Shown here one piece after another: positions 8,581 to 18,558 of a stretch of 64,000 nucleotides of DNA. This DNA comes from Pseudomonadota bacterium. GTDB taxonomy: Bacteria > Pseudomonadota > Alphaproteobacteria > UBA2136 > JAPKEQ01. The stretch spans positions 9,536 to 73,535 of the forward strand of contig JAYZXF010000002.1 in the NCBI GenBank assembly GCA_036141575.1, in the 5' to 3' direction. The notes below the pieces were generated by a model. That model was not told the DNA's origin, did not search any database, and saw nothing but the letters and a program-made list of their open reading frames with translations. Both the position numbers and the translations under genes were made by a program. Position 1 is the first letter of the stretch, and the number at the start of each line of letters is the position of its first letter.

Positions 8581-10539
8581 TTACAACGCAATATTTTTTG
8601 CCTTAAGGGCAGAAATAAGCGGTTTAAGTTGCTCTTGAATCGGTTCCCAACTCTTTACGCTAGACGTATAAAGCGGCTTATTTACTTGCTGCATGCTGGC
8701 TGTACGAACGGTACGTTTTGCCTTATGGAAGTTCATAAAGTCTTCAGACCATTCAAGGCCTGTATGTTCAACCAGCTCTTTAATGTGCGTTTCAGGAGTG
8801 CTGACAATATCTTCATATCTTACTGTGTAAACAGAACTGTTTTGCATGTACTGCTGCATCATGTCATTAAAGGTGGCGTATGTTTCCGCAAGAGTTTCTT
8901 GGTTGTAGCTAAACCACTGACCAGTGTTGAACATTTGTTTGTAGCAAGACACACAGATAGAAACAGGGTCACGATCTGTATAGATGATCTTTGCTTCAGG
9001 GAAAGCGGCAGTAATAAGTGGTAGCCATAGCGCGTTAAATGGCATTTTATCTGTAAAGAACTTGGCTTTCATGTCAGGGAATAGCGTTTTTACAGAGCTG
9101 ACGTAGAGTTCTCGTACAGCATTAACGGCGTCTTGTGAAGTCAGTGTCTGAAGTGTATCTTTATCAAGCTTTCCGCCACAAACTTGTAGGGCAATGGTGC
9201 GCATGAGGCTAAGTTCACCACCATCAAATACATCAGGGCTTGTTGTGAGGATTTGTTCAACAAGCGTACTGCCACTCCTTGGCATACCAACAATAAAGAT
9301 CGGTGTCCATGAAAGGTCTACATCATTATCTGCTTTTGGAAGAGGTTCTTTAAATGTGTCCATAAGTAGATTCATAAGATCTACATCTTCATGAGCCTTT
9401 TCTGAGATACTGTTATGGATAATATCAGCACCTTTTGAGAAATGCTCCCACGCTTCAACAGGTTCTTTACGTGCATCGAGTGTGCGGGCAATGGCATAGT
9501 GCCATTTTGATTTTTCAACATCGCTTTTGCACTCGTTAAGGCCTGTTTCCATAGCATTAAACATATCTTCATCAATACGTTTTGCATCAATATGCGTAGC
9601 GCTGAGGAAGCCCCATGCAAAGTCTGGCGTACTCATAGCCGCGTCTCTGGCAAAGTTGAAGGCTTTTTCTGTGTCACCTTCTGCCGAAGCCATGTTGGCC
9701 TTAAGGGTGAGCATCTCAGCGTTCTTTGGATCTTTCGTAAGAATCTGATCGGCGCACTTTGTGGCTTCTTCCATGTTATTCATACCAAAGTGAGCTTTTG
9801 CAAGGTATGTAACAGCTTCTTCTGCATCAGGGCGTAGCGCCAAAACTTTATTAAAGTGTTCTACTGCTTTAGCAAAGGCCGTTGCCGCAAGGTAAGCCCG
9901 ACCAAGTTCCATATGAACTGAAGGGTTGTTGGGTTGAATGCTTTCAGCTGTTTGTAAATGGTGCAGCGCAACAGGAAAGTTTTCTTCTGCAAGGCCAATA
10001 AGGCCAAGGTGAAGGTGTGAACCAATATGTTTTGGGGCGTGTCCCAGCACTTTGTTAAAGTATACTTTTGTTTCTGCGTAGCGGCCCATACGGAAAGAGA
10101 CAACACCTGCAAGCTCTAAACTTTTGAGGCGGTTTTTATCGTGTGCGAGAACGGTTTTAAAATGTCCAAGAGCTTGGAGCATATTGCCAAGTCTCATCGC
10201 ACACTGGCCAGCGCCTTCTTGTGCAAGGAGGTTTTGTGGTGACTTTTGTGTGGTGGCTTCAAACAAAGCGTACGCTGTTTTTAGGTCACCCATTTGTGCC
10301 TTAAGATTGGCGTAGTTTGTTTGGAAAAGTTCATTTTCAGGCTCTAGCTCAATAGCTCTTTGTAGGTGTATGTCACCAGATGCATCGCCAGCTTGGAGCT
10401 TTGCCATGCCTAAAAAGTGTGTGGCAGCAGCATCGTTTTTATTGGCTTTAACAAGAGATTCATAAGCCGCAATTGCGCCCTGTAAATCGCCACTTTGATG
10501 AAGAGATTGTGCGTCCTGTAAATTCATAAGGCCCATCAT
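8581..10539 (-). CDS. TPR-repeat protein with a C-terminal sulfotransferase domain.
   Basis: Multiple TPR-like repeats in the N-terminal two thirds. The C-terminal domain has a PAPS 5'-phosphosulfate-binding-like motif (IFIVGMPRSGSTLV) and a downstream RDP motif. The start is chosen at internal MMGLMN to avoid overlap with the divergent transporter. Confidence 0.75.
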   Translation of the reverse strand: MMGLMNLQDAQSLHQSGDLQGAIAAYESLVKANKNDAAATHFLGMAKLQAGDASGDIHLQRAIELEPENELFQTNYANLKAQMGDLKTAYALFEATTQKSPQNLLAQEGAGQCAMRLGNMLQALGHFKTVLAHDKNRLKSLELAGVVSFRMGRYAETKVYFNKVLGHAPKHIGSHLHLGLIGLAEENFPVALHHLQTAESIQPNNPSVHMELGRAYLAATAFAKAVEHFNKVLALRPDAEEAVTYLAKAHFGMNNMEEATKCADQILTKDPKNAEMLTLKANMASAEGDTEKAFNFARDAAMSTPDFAWGFLSATHIDAKRIDEDMFNAMETGLNECKSDVEKSKWHYAIARTLDARKEPVEAWEHFSKGADIIHNSISEKAHEDVDLMNLLMDTFKEPLPKADNDVDLSWTPIFIVGMPRSGSTLVEQILTTSPDVFDGGELSLMRTIALQVCGGKLDKDTLQTLTSQDAVNAVRELYVSSVKTLFPDMKAKFFTDKMPFNALWLPLITAAFPEAKIIYTDRDPVSICVSCYKQMFNTGQWFSYNQETLAETYATFNDMMQQYMQNSSVYTVRYEDIVSTPETHIKELVEHTGLEWSEDFMNFHKAKRTVRTASMQQVNKPLYTSSVKSWEPIQEQLKPLISALKAKNIAL

Positions 10540-10633
10540 AGTGGGGCAGCTCTCAAAATTAAAGAATAATTTGTGAATCCTGTGGCCTGCGGTTAAAGTA
10601 TGAAGGCTAAAAAGATTAAGAATAGGGAATCCC

Positions 10634-11968
10634 ATGTGGTTTAAAAAATCAGAAGACCAGACATCTCCAAAAGCATTCAGGCGCCAAATTACAGAGCATA
10701 TTCAAGAAAAGCTCTGGCTAAAGATCCTTATCGCCCTGTTTTTAGGTGGGGTATTTGGGTATATCCTTAGCCCTGATGTGGCTGTCATGAAAGCTGAACA
10801 TGCAACACAGATTTCAACGTGGGTCGCTTTCCCAGGGTACTTGTTCCTGCGTGTTCTTCAAATGGTGGTGATCCCTCTTGTTATGGCCTCTCTTATTCTT
10901 GGGATTGCAGGTGGTGAAAGTTTAAGTCTGATTAAAAAACTCAGCTGGCGTGTGATTCTTTACTTTATGTTTACAACAACCATTGCCGTGAGCATTGGTT
11001 TAACGCTTGGTAACTTGTTTGAGCCGGGCCAGATGATGGATATTGAAAAAGCGAGTACGTTGACACAAGGCTACACGCCTCCACCAACCAATCAAGCTCT
11101 TACAGATGGCAGTAATATTCCAAAGCGTATTGTGGGTCTTATTCCTAAAAACCCATTTGCTTCTATTGCCAGCGGAGACATGCTGAGCATTGTGATCTTC
11201 TCGATCTTTATTGGGTTTGCTCTGGCTTCTATGAGCCTTGTACGTTCAAAACCTATTTTAGAGCTGGCGCAGAGTACTCAAGACTTGTGTATGGTGCTGG
11301 TAAGTTGGATGATTAAACTTGCGCCGTACGCGGTGTTTGGTTTGATTATGGATGCGATGGTGAAACTCGGCGTAAGCTCTATTCTTGCAATGGGGCTTTA
11401 TGTGGTGACAGTCTTTACAGGGCTTGTGTTGATGGTGGTGTTTTATGGCTTAATTGTAACGCTTCTGGGCATGAACCCTCTTGAGTACTTTAAGAAGATT
11501 CGTGAAGCGCAGCTGATTGCGTTTTCAACGTCCTCTTCAGCAGCAACTATGCCAGTCACACTTCGTGTGGCAGATGAGAAGCTGGGTGTGAAGCCATCCG
11601 TATCTGGCTTTACAATTCCGCTGGGTACAACCATTAACATGGATGGTACTGCGCTTTACCAAACCATTGCGACGATCTTCCTTGCGCAAGTCTTCCAGAT
11701 TGATCTTTCAATGTGGGATATGGGTATGGTTCTGACTCTCGCCATTGCGGCCTCTGTGGGTACGCCGGGTACACCTGGTGTTGGTATTATTGTGTTGGCT
11801 ACAATTCTTGTGAGTGTGGGTGTACCACCTGAAGGGATTGCGCTAATTTTGGGTGTGGACCGTATTTTAGATATGTGTCGTACAACGATTAACGTAACAG
11901 GTGACTTAACAGCGACTGTGGTCATGAATCGTCTGCTTAAGCATGAGGAATCAGAAGATGAAAGCTAA
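10634..11968 (+). CDS. Dicarboxylate/amino acid:cation symporter (DAACS; GltP/DctA/SstT family).
   Basis: A polytopic membrane protein with characteristic DAACS signature segments (e.g. the hydrophobic run LVVTVFTGLVLMVVFYGLIV). Confidence 0.8.
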   Translation: MWFKKSEDQTSPKAFRRQITEHIQEKLWLKILIALFLGGVFGYILSPDVAVMKAEHATQISTWVAFPGYLFLRVLQMVVIPLVMASLILGIAGGESLSLIKKLSWRVILYFMFTTTIAVSIGLTLGNLFEPGQMMDIEKASTLTQGYTPPPTNQALTDGSNIPKRIVGLIPKNPFASIASGDMLSIVIFSIFIGFALASMSLVRSKPILELAQSTQDLCMVLVSWMIKLAPYAVFGLIMDAMVKLGVSSILAMGLYVVTVFTGLVLMVVFYGLIVTLLGMNPLEYFKKIREAQLIAFSTSSSAATMPVTLRVADEKLGVKPSVSGFTIPLGTTINMDGTALYQTIATIFLAQVFQIDLSMWDMGMVLTLAIAASVGTPGTPGVGIIVLATILVSVGVPPEGIALILGVDRILDMCRTTINVTGDLTATVVMNRLLKHEESEDES

Positions 11969-12965
11969 ACTTCTTTTAGGATTAAGCCTGCTTGCAGCAG
12001 TCACATCACATGCGCAACCTGCTTTAGAACTGCCTATAAACTGTGTTCTAGGGCGTACATGTTTTATTGTGGATTTATATGACCATGGTCGTAACTTGGA
12101 TGAAATGGGGCATCCGTTTCTGATGGATTACACAGGCAACAAGCGTACGACAGATGATTACTACGGAACGCGTTTCCAAATCTATAATTCAACCCTTGCA
12201 GATAGAGGGGCAGATATCACGGCTTCAGCTGATGGTGTGGTTGTCTCTGTTCGTGACCAACTGCCGAGCGATCCTTATGCGATTACAGTGTTAGGGTCTC
12301 GCTTGCGTGAGTCTGTTGGGAACTCTGTTGTTGTAGACCATGGTAATGGTTGGGAAACGCAATACAGCGGCCTCTTAAAAAACAGTGTGCCTGTGAAAAG
12401 AGGGGACAAAGTTAAAGCGGGTGATGTGCTTGGTAAGGTGCAACGCTTTGCGCGCCAAAGCTACCCAACAATGCACTTTGTTGTACGTCATAAGAGTATT
12501 CCAATTGATCCGTTTGTAGGCGTGTATGACGGTATGTTCACAACAGACTTAAAGCGTAAGCCGCTTTGGAAAGAAAACTTTGAGCAAATTGCTTTTACAC
12601 GTGATGTTGGTTTAATTGCGACAGGTTTTTCTAAAGAAGTGCCAGACATTGAGCGTGTAAAGCGTTCTATGCTGGATAGTAGCTACTTTAGAGGGGATGA
12701 CGATCAGATTCTGTTTTGGAGTTATGCCTTTGGCCTTAAGAAGGGCGATAAAGTGACCATTGCTATCTATAACCCTAAAGGGGCCATGGTTTCTCGTCAT
12801 GAGGATATCCTTCCTAAGGATCAGGAACGCTACTTTGCTTATGTAGGTCGTAAGGCTGAAACTTACGGCCTTCCACAAGGTGTGTATCGTGGTAGTATTA
12901 CGGTGAAGCGAGAGGGAGAAACTTTGTTGAGTGATGTCGATACCATTCGCGTGAATGCATTCTAA
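11958..12965 (+). CDS. Secreted M23-family metallopeptidase.
   Basis: The signal peptide is MKAKLLLGLSLLAAVTSHA. An M23 core is present (VVVDHGNGWETQYSGL...GDKVKAGDVLGKV...HFVVRH). Confidence 0.75.
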   Translation: MKAKLLLGLSLLAAVTSHAQPALELPINCVLGRTCFIVDLYDHGRNLDEMGHPFLMDYTGNKRTTDDYYGTRFQIYNSTLADRGADITASADGVVVSVRDQLPSDPYAITVLGSRLRESVGNSVVVDHGNGWETQYSGLLKNSVPVKRGDKVKAGDVLGKVQRFARQSYPTMHFVVRHKSIPIDPFVGVYDGMFTTDLKRKPLWKENFEQIAFTRDVGLIATGFSKEVPDIERVKRSMLDSSYFRGDDDQILFWSYAFGLKKGDKVTIAIYNPKGAMVSRHEDILPKDQERYFAYVGRKAETYGLPQGVYRGSITVKREGETLLSDVDTIRVNAF

Positions 12966-12971
12966 ACACAA

Positions 12972-12996
12972 ACAAGGCCCCAGAATGGGGCCTTGT
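12972..12996. terminator. Bidirectional rho-independent terminator between the convergent M23 and HExxH genes.
   Basis: The sequence caaGGCCCCagaatGGGGCCttgttctt. Confidence 0.5.
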
Positions 12997-13008
12997 TCTT
13001 ATTTTCGA

Positions 13009-13814
13009 TTAGTCGCCATATACCTCGTCAAGGTGGGCTGCATAGGCTTCGGCTTGAGCGCGGAACGGGATGCCATGAAGCATTTTACTTTTAAGCCAGC
13101 TGATGTGATCACTGAGAGCTGACTCGCGGTTGCGCATTGAGCCATATATCAGCAAATACATTTTGAACTCAACCTCACGGTAGCTTTCCTGCCAAATACT
13201 GGACCATTCGTAATTGCTGAAGCCGTATTGTGCAATACGGCGCACTTCAGGGTCGGCACTGTTTTTGTGCGTTTCCTTCATGCACTCCAGTCGAGCGCGC
13301 ATGATGTAGTCTTTCAGTGCTTTGGGATCTTCAGCAAAGAGAGCATAGTTATCCTCATTGAGGAAGCGATCCGCCCAAATGGGCTGCTCAAAGGTCAGGG
13401 GGCGAAGGTCAGGCATCCAGAAATACACCATTACATCGCTGATGGTCCTAGCAAGGGCTTCTTCCTTTAGCATTTTTTGATGCCAAGCCTCAAAAGAGAG
13501 GTTGATATCATATTCCGCGTAAGCCATGTGGCAGATTTCATGTAGCAGAGCCATATCTGCAACATAGGGGTTTTTGAATTTGATGTCGCTGAGATCAGCT
13601 AATGCGCTAAACCATGGCGTATTGTGGAAGCGTTCAATGCTTGGGTCCGTATAGCGATAGAATACGCGAGGGAGTTCTGCAAATTTTTCCAGAATGCCAT
13701 GTAAGGGTGAGCTTTTCTGGCCTGCAAAAATCCGAAACATGTCTGTTTGCCAGAGGGTGTTGGTGAAGGTGATGATGTCCTGTTTGCCGCTAATGGCGTG
13801 GATATCTTTCATAT
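13009..13814 (-). CDS. Hypothetical protein with an HExxH zinc-metallopeptidase-like motif.
   Basis: Start at MKDIHAIS, with an AGGAG RBS 7 nt upstream. It contains the motif LLHEICHMAYAEYD. No recognisable family was found by eye. Confidence 0.6.
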
Positions 13815-13888
13815 TTTTCTCCTGTAAACGGTAAGAAAGAGTGAATTGGTGGACTGGATATAAGCCTGAAAAGCGGGGAATGCAAGGC

Positions 13889-14575
13889 TTAGAGTGAAAT
13901 TTTACCAATTAAAGTTGGAACCGCTGTATCTGCTTTAAGGATGAGGCGGCCAAGAGAAATTGGAATGATATGTTTTTGATCCATAAGGAAGGCTTTTTCA
14001 GCATCTGAAAAACCACCTTCAGGGCCAACTAGAAAACCATGACCTTCTGTGTAAGTTGGGCGCTCCTTAGCGCTGTCTTCGCGCTCAGCTGCCCAGAAAA
14101 TAGTACTGTCAAAATTTGAAATAGTCTCTTGCAGGTTTGTTACTGCGTGTACCGTTGGCACATCAAGGCGTTCACATTGTTCTGAAGCTTCAACACAAAT
14201 CAGCTGAGCACGCTCAGGCTTGGTTTTATCTCTGTCTGCAAAGTCAGTTTTAATCGGGTGGATATCTGTCACGCCTAGCTCTGTGGCCTGACGAAGAATA
14301 GTTTCCCATGCATCGCGCTTAGGGAGCCCCATAAACAGGTGCTTTTTAGGTTGGAAGGTCTGTGCCTCAAGTTGCTTTTTAAGTTCCACAGTCTTTAAAT
14401 TGTCATGGTTCAGCTCAGCAAGCCAAAGGCCATCTTTACCATTCCACAGGTGAATGGTATCTCCGCGAGAGAGACGCAGCACTTTTTTTAGGCGGTGCCT
14501 TAAAGGGTCAGGCAGAGGAAAACTCTGCCTGGCCTTATAATCACCTTCAATAAAAAAGCGAAGTGCGTGACCCAT
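13889..14575 (-). CDS. rsmE: 16S rRNA (uracil1498-N3)-methyltransferase, RsmE family.
   Basis: RsmE-like PUA and SPOUT regions (GFLVGPEGGFSDAEKAFL...IPISLGRLILKADTA). The start ATG overlaps the pfkB stop by 1 nt (TAATG). Confidence 0.75.
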   Translation of the reverse strand: MGHALRFFIEGDYKARQSFPLPDPLRHRLKKVLRLSRGDTIHLWNGKDGLWLAELNHDNLKTVELKKQLEAQTFQPKKHLFMGLPKRDAWETILRQATELGVTDIHPIKTDFADRDKTKPERAQLICVEASEQCERLDVPTVHAVTNLQETISNFDSTIFWAAEREDSAKERPTYTEGHGFLVGPEGGFSDAEKAFLMDQKHIIPISLGRLILKADTAVPTLIGKISL

Positions 14576-15558
14576 TAAGCTACGTTTTCGTAAAGGTGTG
14601 CGCCGACGTGTGGGTAACGGCCACCAAATTGTTGCACAACCATGCTTGCAATGGCGTGGCCTTGCTTCAAGCACTCTGCAATGGGTTTGTCTTGAAGGAA
14701 TCCATCTAGAAAGCCTGCAAGGAAAGCATCGCCAGCGCCTGTTGTGTCGAGGACTTCAGCAACAGGTGGGCAAGGTTCAAATGTTTTGTTGCCTTCGCTA
14801 TCGAGGAAGCTTGCACCTTTTTCACCATGTGTCACAAGGCGAGGTGTTTTTTGAAGTTTTTGTGCCAGTAGATCTGCGGCTTCATGTTTGTAGTTTTCCG
14901 CAGCATGAATAAGGGCGCGGTATTCATCTTCGTTACCAATAATAAGATCGACGTGACCAATCACTTCTTCAGCAAGGTGGTCAAAAGCCACATCCATAAC
15001 CGCAACAGTGGCCAGTGTCATCGCAATTTTAAGGCCTGCATTACGGGCTGTTTGAATTGATTCTTTCACAGCGTTAACTTGGTTCGGATCAAGAAGCAGG
15101 TAGCCTTCAACAAAGAGCCAGTCGCTTTCTGTAATCAGATTATGTGGAACAAAATCTGCCGTCATTGGGGCAGGGATACCCGTTGTTGCGAATGTGCGCT
15201 CACCATTCGGTGTAACCAGTACACGAATCTCCATAGATTTTTTGCCAGCTTCAGGCTTTGGCATTGTGATGCCAGCGCTCTCCATGCTGTTAAAGAACAT
15301 GTTGCCGGCTTTATCATCACCCACGCGGCCAATAAAGTTTGCTTTGTGGCCGAGCATACCAAGAGACCATGTTGTGTTTGCAACGGCGCCACCTGGGCAC
15401 AGGGTTTCTTCGCCACATTCGTTTTGTATGCGGTGAATTGTATCTGCATCTGTCCCTTGAAAATCACCAAGCTTAAGGCCGTACTCAGAAATTTTTTCGA
15501 GAGGTGATTCTTGAAGGATGTCGATAGGAGAGTTTCCCATAAATGTTGCTTTTTGCAT
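14575..15558 (-). CDS. PfkB-family carbohydrate/nucleoside kinase (adenosine kinase-like).
   Basis: PfkB signatures are present: VDTTGAGDAFLAGFL and a GG dipeptide region. Confidence 0.8.
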   Translation of the reverse strand: MQKATFMGNSPIDILQESPLEKISEYGLKLGDFQGTDADTIHRIQNECGEETLCPGGAVANTTWSLGMLGHKANFIGRVGDDKAGNMFFNSMESAGITMPKPEAGKKSMEIRVLVTPNGERTFATTGIPAPMTADFVPHNLITESDWLFVEGYLLLDPNQVNAVKESIQTARNAGLKIAMTLATVAVMDVAFDHLAEEVIGHVDLIIGNEDEYRALIHAAENYKHEAADLLAQKLQKTPRLVTHGEKGASFLDSEGNKTFEPCPPVAEVLDTTGAGDAFLAGFLDGFLQDKPIAECLKQGHAIASMVVQQFGGRYPHVGAHLYENVA

Positions 15559-15862
15559 GTGTGTCCCTTTCACATTCATCTTAAGGCATGAGGAATGTAG
15601 CAAATGGGGAAGAGGGGGGCAAATATTTTAAACCCCTGGCCTTGGCCCCTTTCGCTCGCGAAGTCCATTGGTGATAGAGGCAAGCAGGCCAAGCCCAGAG
15701 GCTTAACATCCTCATTGTGGCGCAATGTGAAATGCTTTTGCAAGGGAAGAAAGATTTTTGTCCGACCAAATTGACACATGTTGTTGCATACATGACACAA
15801 AAAAGCCCCCGTGATGGGAGCTTTCCTGTTGAATCTAAAGATAGATTACTTCGATTTAGAAC

Positions 15863-16483
15863 TTAGTCGTCCAGGCGGTTGCCGATGCGACGCTTCCATG
15901 CAGCTGCAAAAAAGCCAGACAGAGCGTTCCAAACAGCGGTACCGAAACGCTTCATGACGTTCCACAGACCTTCCAAGATGTCGCCCAGGAAGTCACCAAT
16001 GATCCAGCCAAGAACAGAGAACGGCCAAAAGAAGAAATAGCCAAGGAACTTGCTTTTGTTCGGTGCTCGTTCACGCAGCCATTCTTTCAGGCGCTTCAGT
16101 TCTTTGTCGCGCTGGTCACCTGCAGGGTGCTGTTCCAGAATCTTGGCTTTGCGGCGGTCAAACTCTTTGTTGGCTTTGCCACCTTTGACAAAAACACCAA
16201 AGAACAAAGACCAGACAATGCCAGAGCCAGCATAAATAACCAGCCACATAACAGACAGCAGGGCAGAAGTGAAGCTCAGCCATGTTTGGCCGTCAGGCGG
16301 AGTTCCAAGGAAAAAGATGCCAAGAACACCACCGATCAGAAGTGCCGTGGAAAAGAACCAGTTGTCATTGCGAACACAAACTGTTTCAGCAATAATGAAA
16401 GCAACAATAGCTGCCATCCAGATCCAGCCCAAGGCAAAAAACGGTGCAAAGGCGCCGATGAAAAACCCAGTAATAAAGTCCAT
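15863..16483 (-). CDS. Hypothetical integral membrane protein (about 4 TM segments).
   Basis: The ORF has hydrophobic helices and a Lys/Arg-rich loop. A terminator-like hairpin lies downstream, around 15805-15830. Confidence 0.6.
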   Translation of the reverse strand: MDFITGFFIGAFAPFFALGWIWMAAIVAFIIAETVCVRNDNWFFSTALLIGGVLGIFFLGTPPDGQTWLSFTSALLSVMWLVIYAGSGIVWSLFFGVFVKGGKANKEFDRRKAKILEQHPAGDQRDKELKRLKEWLRERAPNKSKFLGYFFFWPFSVLGWIIGDFLGDILEGLWNVMKRFGTAVWNALSGFFAAAWKRRIGNRLDD

Positions 16484-16676
16484 AACAGACCTCCAGATAG
16501 ATGTGGGAAAAGTGAAGATAGATCATATAGATCAGCTGTTGTATACCTAAGCTTTGTGTGTTCTGTCAAGCACGCAGTTTGGTTTCAAAAAGGTATGCCC
16601 TATAAAGGCGGTTTTCTTTTTGCAAAAAATACGGTACAAAGAGGGGGTAATAAAAACTGTATAAGAGAAAAGATTC

Positions 16677-17495
16677 ATGCATCGTATTTTGCTAACAGCA
16701 CTATGTACTCTGGTTTTAGCTTCAACTGGTTTTGCGGAAGTTAACACCGCTCACCCACTCGGTTTCCCGACTGCAATTGGTTCAGTTGCTGAAAAAATTA
16801 CGCTGACATACAACCTTATTTTCTGGATTTGCCTTGTTATTTTCGCGTTTGTGCAAATTCTTATTCTTTACGCTGTTTACAAGTTCAGACGTAGCAAAAA
16901 CCCGACTCCTGCAACGTTTTCACATAACAACTTGATTGAAGTCATTTGGACAGCTGTACCTGTTCTGATTTGTGCTGTGATTGCTTGGGCATCTTTCGAT
17001 GCGATGAAGCATATCCGTACAATGCCTGAAGCAGGCGAGACAGTTGAAGTGATTGCTTACCAGTTTGGTTGGGAGTTTGATTACCCTGATTACGGTATTT
17101 CTTCTGAAGAAGCAACGCAGGCACACAAACAGCTTTCATCAGCTGGTGTGGATCGTTACGTAAAAGACATCATTGTTCCTGTAGATACAGATATCGTTTT
17201 ACATATTACAGCCCGTGATGTGATCCACGCGTTCTATGCGCCTGATCTGGGTCTTAAGATTGATGCTGTACCTGGCCGTATTAACTACGCATGGTTTAAT
17301 GCACCTAAAGAAGGTGACTACATTGGCCAATGTGCAGAGCTTTGTGGTTCAGCGCACGGTGAAATGTTCTTCAACGTAAAAGTTGTGAGCAAGGCTGAGT
17401 ACCGCGCTTGGGTCAACAAGATGCGTTCTGAAAATGGTGAGGCACCTGTTGATTTTGATACGATGCCGTCTCCAACAATGGCATCGGCTCAATAA
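16677..17495 (+). CDS. ctaC: Cytochrome c oxidase subunit II (aa3-type, CuA centre).
   Basis: The CuA motif is HAFYAPDLGLKIDAVPGR...GQCAELCGSAHGEM. Confidence 0.9.
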   Translation: MHRILLTALCTLVLASTGFAEVNTAHPLGFPTAIGSVAEKITLTYNLIFWICLVIFAFVQILILYAVYKFRRSKNPTPATFSHNNLIEVIWTAVPVLICAVIAWASFDAMKHIRTMPEAGETVEVIAYQFGWEFDYPDYGISSEEATQAHKQLSSAGVDRYVKDIIVPVDTDIVLHITARDVIHAFYAPDLGLKIDAVPGRINYAWFNAPKEGDYIGQCAELCGSAHGEMFFNVKVVSKAEYRAWVNKMRSENGEAPVDFDTMPSPTMASAQ

Positions 17496-17518
17496 GTTTC
17501 AACGTAACGAAGTTGCAA

Positions 17519-17550
17519 AAACTGGACGATTTTCGTCCAGTTTTTTTTGA
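17519..17550 (+). terminator. Rho-independent terminator or attenuator after ctaC.
   Basis: The sequence aaACTGGACGAttttCGTCCAGtttttttt. Confidence 0.5.
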
Positions 17551-17598
17551 CCTCTGCGTATCCGTCAGGTAAAACAGAAGCCAAGTATAAAAAATAGG

Positions 17599-18558
17599 AT
17601 GATCTACATGCCAAAAATCATGTTGCCATGGGTTAAATTAACATTGTTTTTAACATATGCTCTTATTGTTATGGGAGCCACTGTACGTGTGACAGATAGT
17701 GGCATGGCATGCCCAGATTGGCCGCTTTGTTATGGTCAGTGGATTCCTTTCCCAGCGCCTGAAGGCTCTGGTTACTCAAACTTCCAAGTCTTTATGGAAT
17801 GGGGACATAGGCTTCTTGCTTCTATTATTGGATTTTTCCTCATTGGTATTGGTGTGATGGCTGTTAAAGTGCGTAAAGTGCGTCCTGCTATTTTCTGGTG
17901 GACGGTGGCGTCATTTGTTGTGCTTGCTGTGCAAGTGAAACTGGGTGGTATTACTGTGTGGTTGTCTAACATTCACTGGAGTGTGGCTTTGCACCTTGGA
18001 AATGCCATGATCTTCTTTAGTACTTTAATTATGATTAAGCGCCTTGTTGCCCAAGGTGAAAACCCAAACAGAGGTGAGTTTGAAACGCCGTTTGGTGCCA
18101 AGGTTCTTACATGGTTGGTCGCTGTATCTGTTTTCCTTACAATGGTTATGGGCGCAATGGTGAGCAGTGCACATGCAGGCGGTAGCTGTGGTGGTCTGTT
18201 GAGTTGCATGGGCGATTGGATGCCATCAGAAGACTTCCAACAGCTTCTACATATGAAGCACCGTTACTTGGCTCTCTTTACAACACTTCTTACAGTCTTT
18301 TACTTTATTAAAGTGAAGAAGGTTCACCCTGAACTGAAAAAGAGTGCCATTGCATTTAAAGTGTTCCTGCTTGGCCAAATTCTACTGGGTGTATTGACGC
18401 TTTACAGCTTCTCTCATTATGCGGATTACTACATGCACTTGAGCGTGGCGCACCTTGCTTGGGGCACACTGTTCTTCATGGCAACGATTGGTACGCTTGG
18501 TAAAATTTACTACGGCGCAGCTGGCGGTAGCCACTACAAGGAGGCAGACCATGCGTAA
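17599..18558 (+). CDS. ctaA: Heme A synthase (CtaA/COX15 family).
   Basis: A polytopic membrane protein with conserved Cys pairs (CPDWPLC; CGGLLSC) and the His ligands typical of CtaA. Confidence 0.8.
   Translation: MIYMPKIMLPWVKLTLFLTYALIVMGATVRVTDSGMACPDWPLCYGQWIPFPAPEGSGYSNFQVFMEWGHRLLASIIGFFLIGIGVMAVKVRKVRPAIFWWTVASFVVLAVQVKLGGITVWLSNIHWSVALHLGNAMIFFSTLIMIKRLVAQGENPNRGEFETPFGAKVLTWLVAVSVFLTMVMGAMVSSAHAGGSCGGLLSCMGDWMPSEDFQQLLHMKHRYLALFTTLLTVFYFIKVKKVHPELKKSAIAFKVFLLGQILLGVLTLYSFSHYADYYMHLSVAHLAWGTLFFMATIGTLGKIYYGAAGGSHYKEADHA

Noticed and set aside
15604-15862. Possible riboswitch or tRNA-like element in the GC-rich 5' region of the pfkB kinase gene (ggccttggcc ... caggccaagccc)
   Set aside because: It contains palindromic GC-rich segments, but I could not fold it into any known riboswitch or tRNA cloverleaf by eye, so it is left uncalled.
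16127-16744. 205-aa plus-strand ORF
   Set aside because: It is antisense to the 15863-16483 membrane protein gene and runs through the ctaC promoter region. The product is basic low-complexity sequence.
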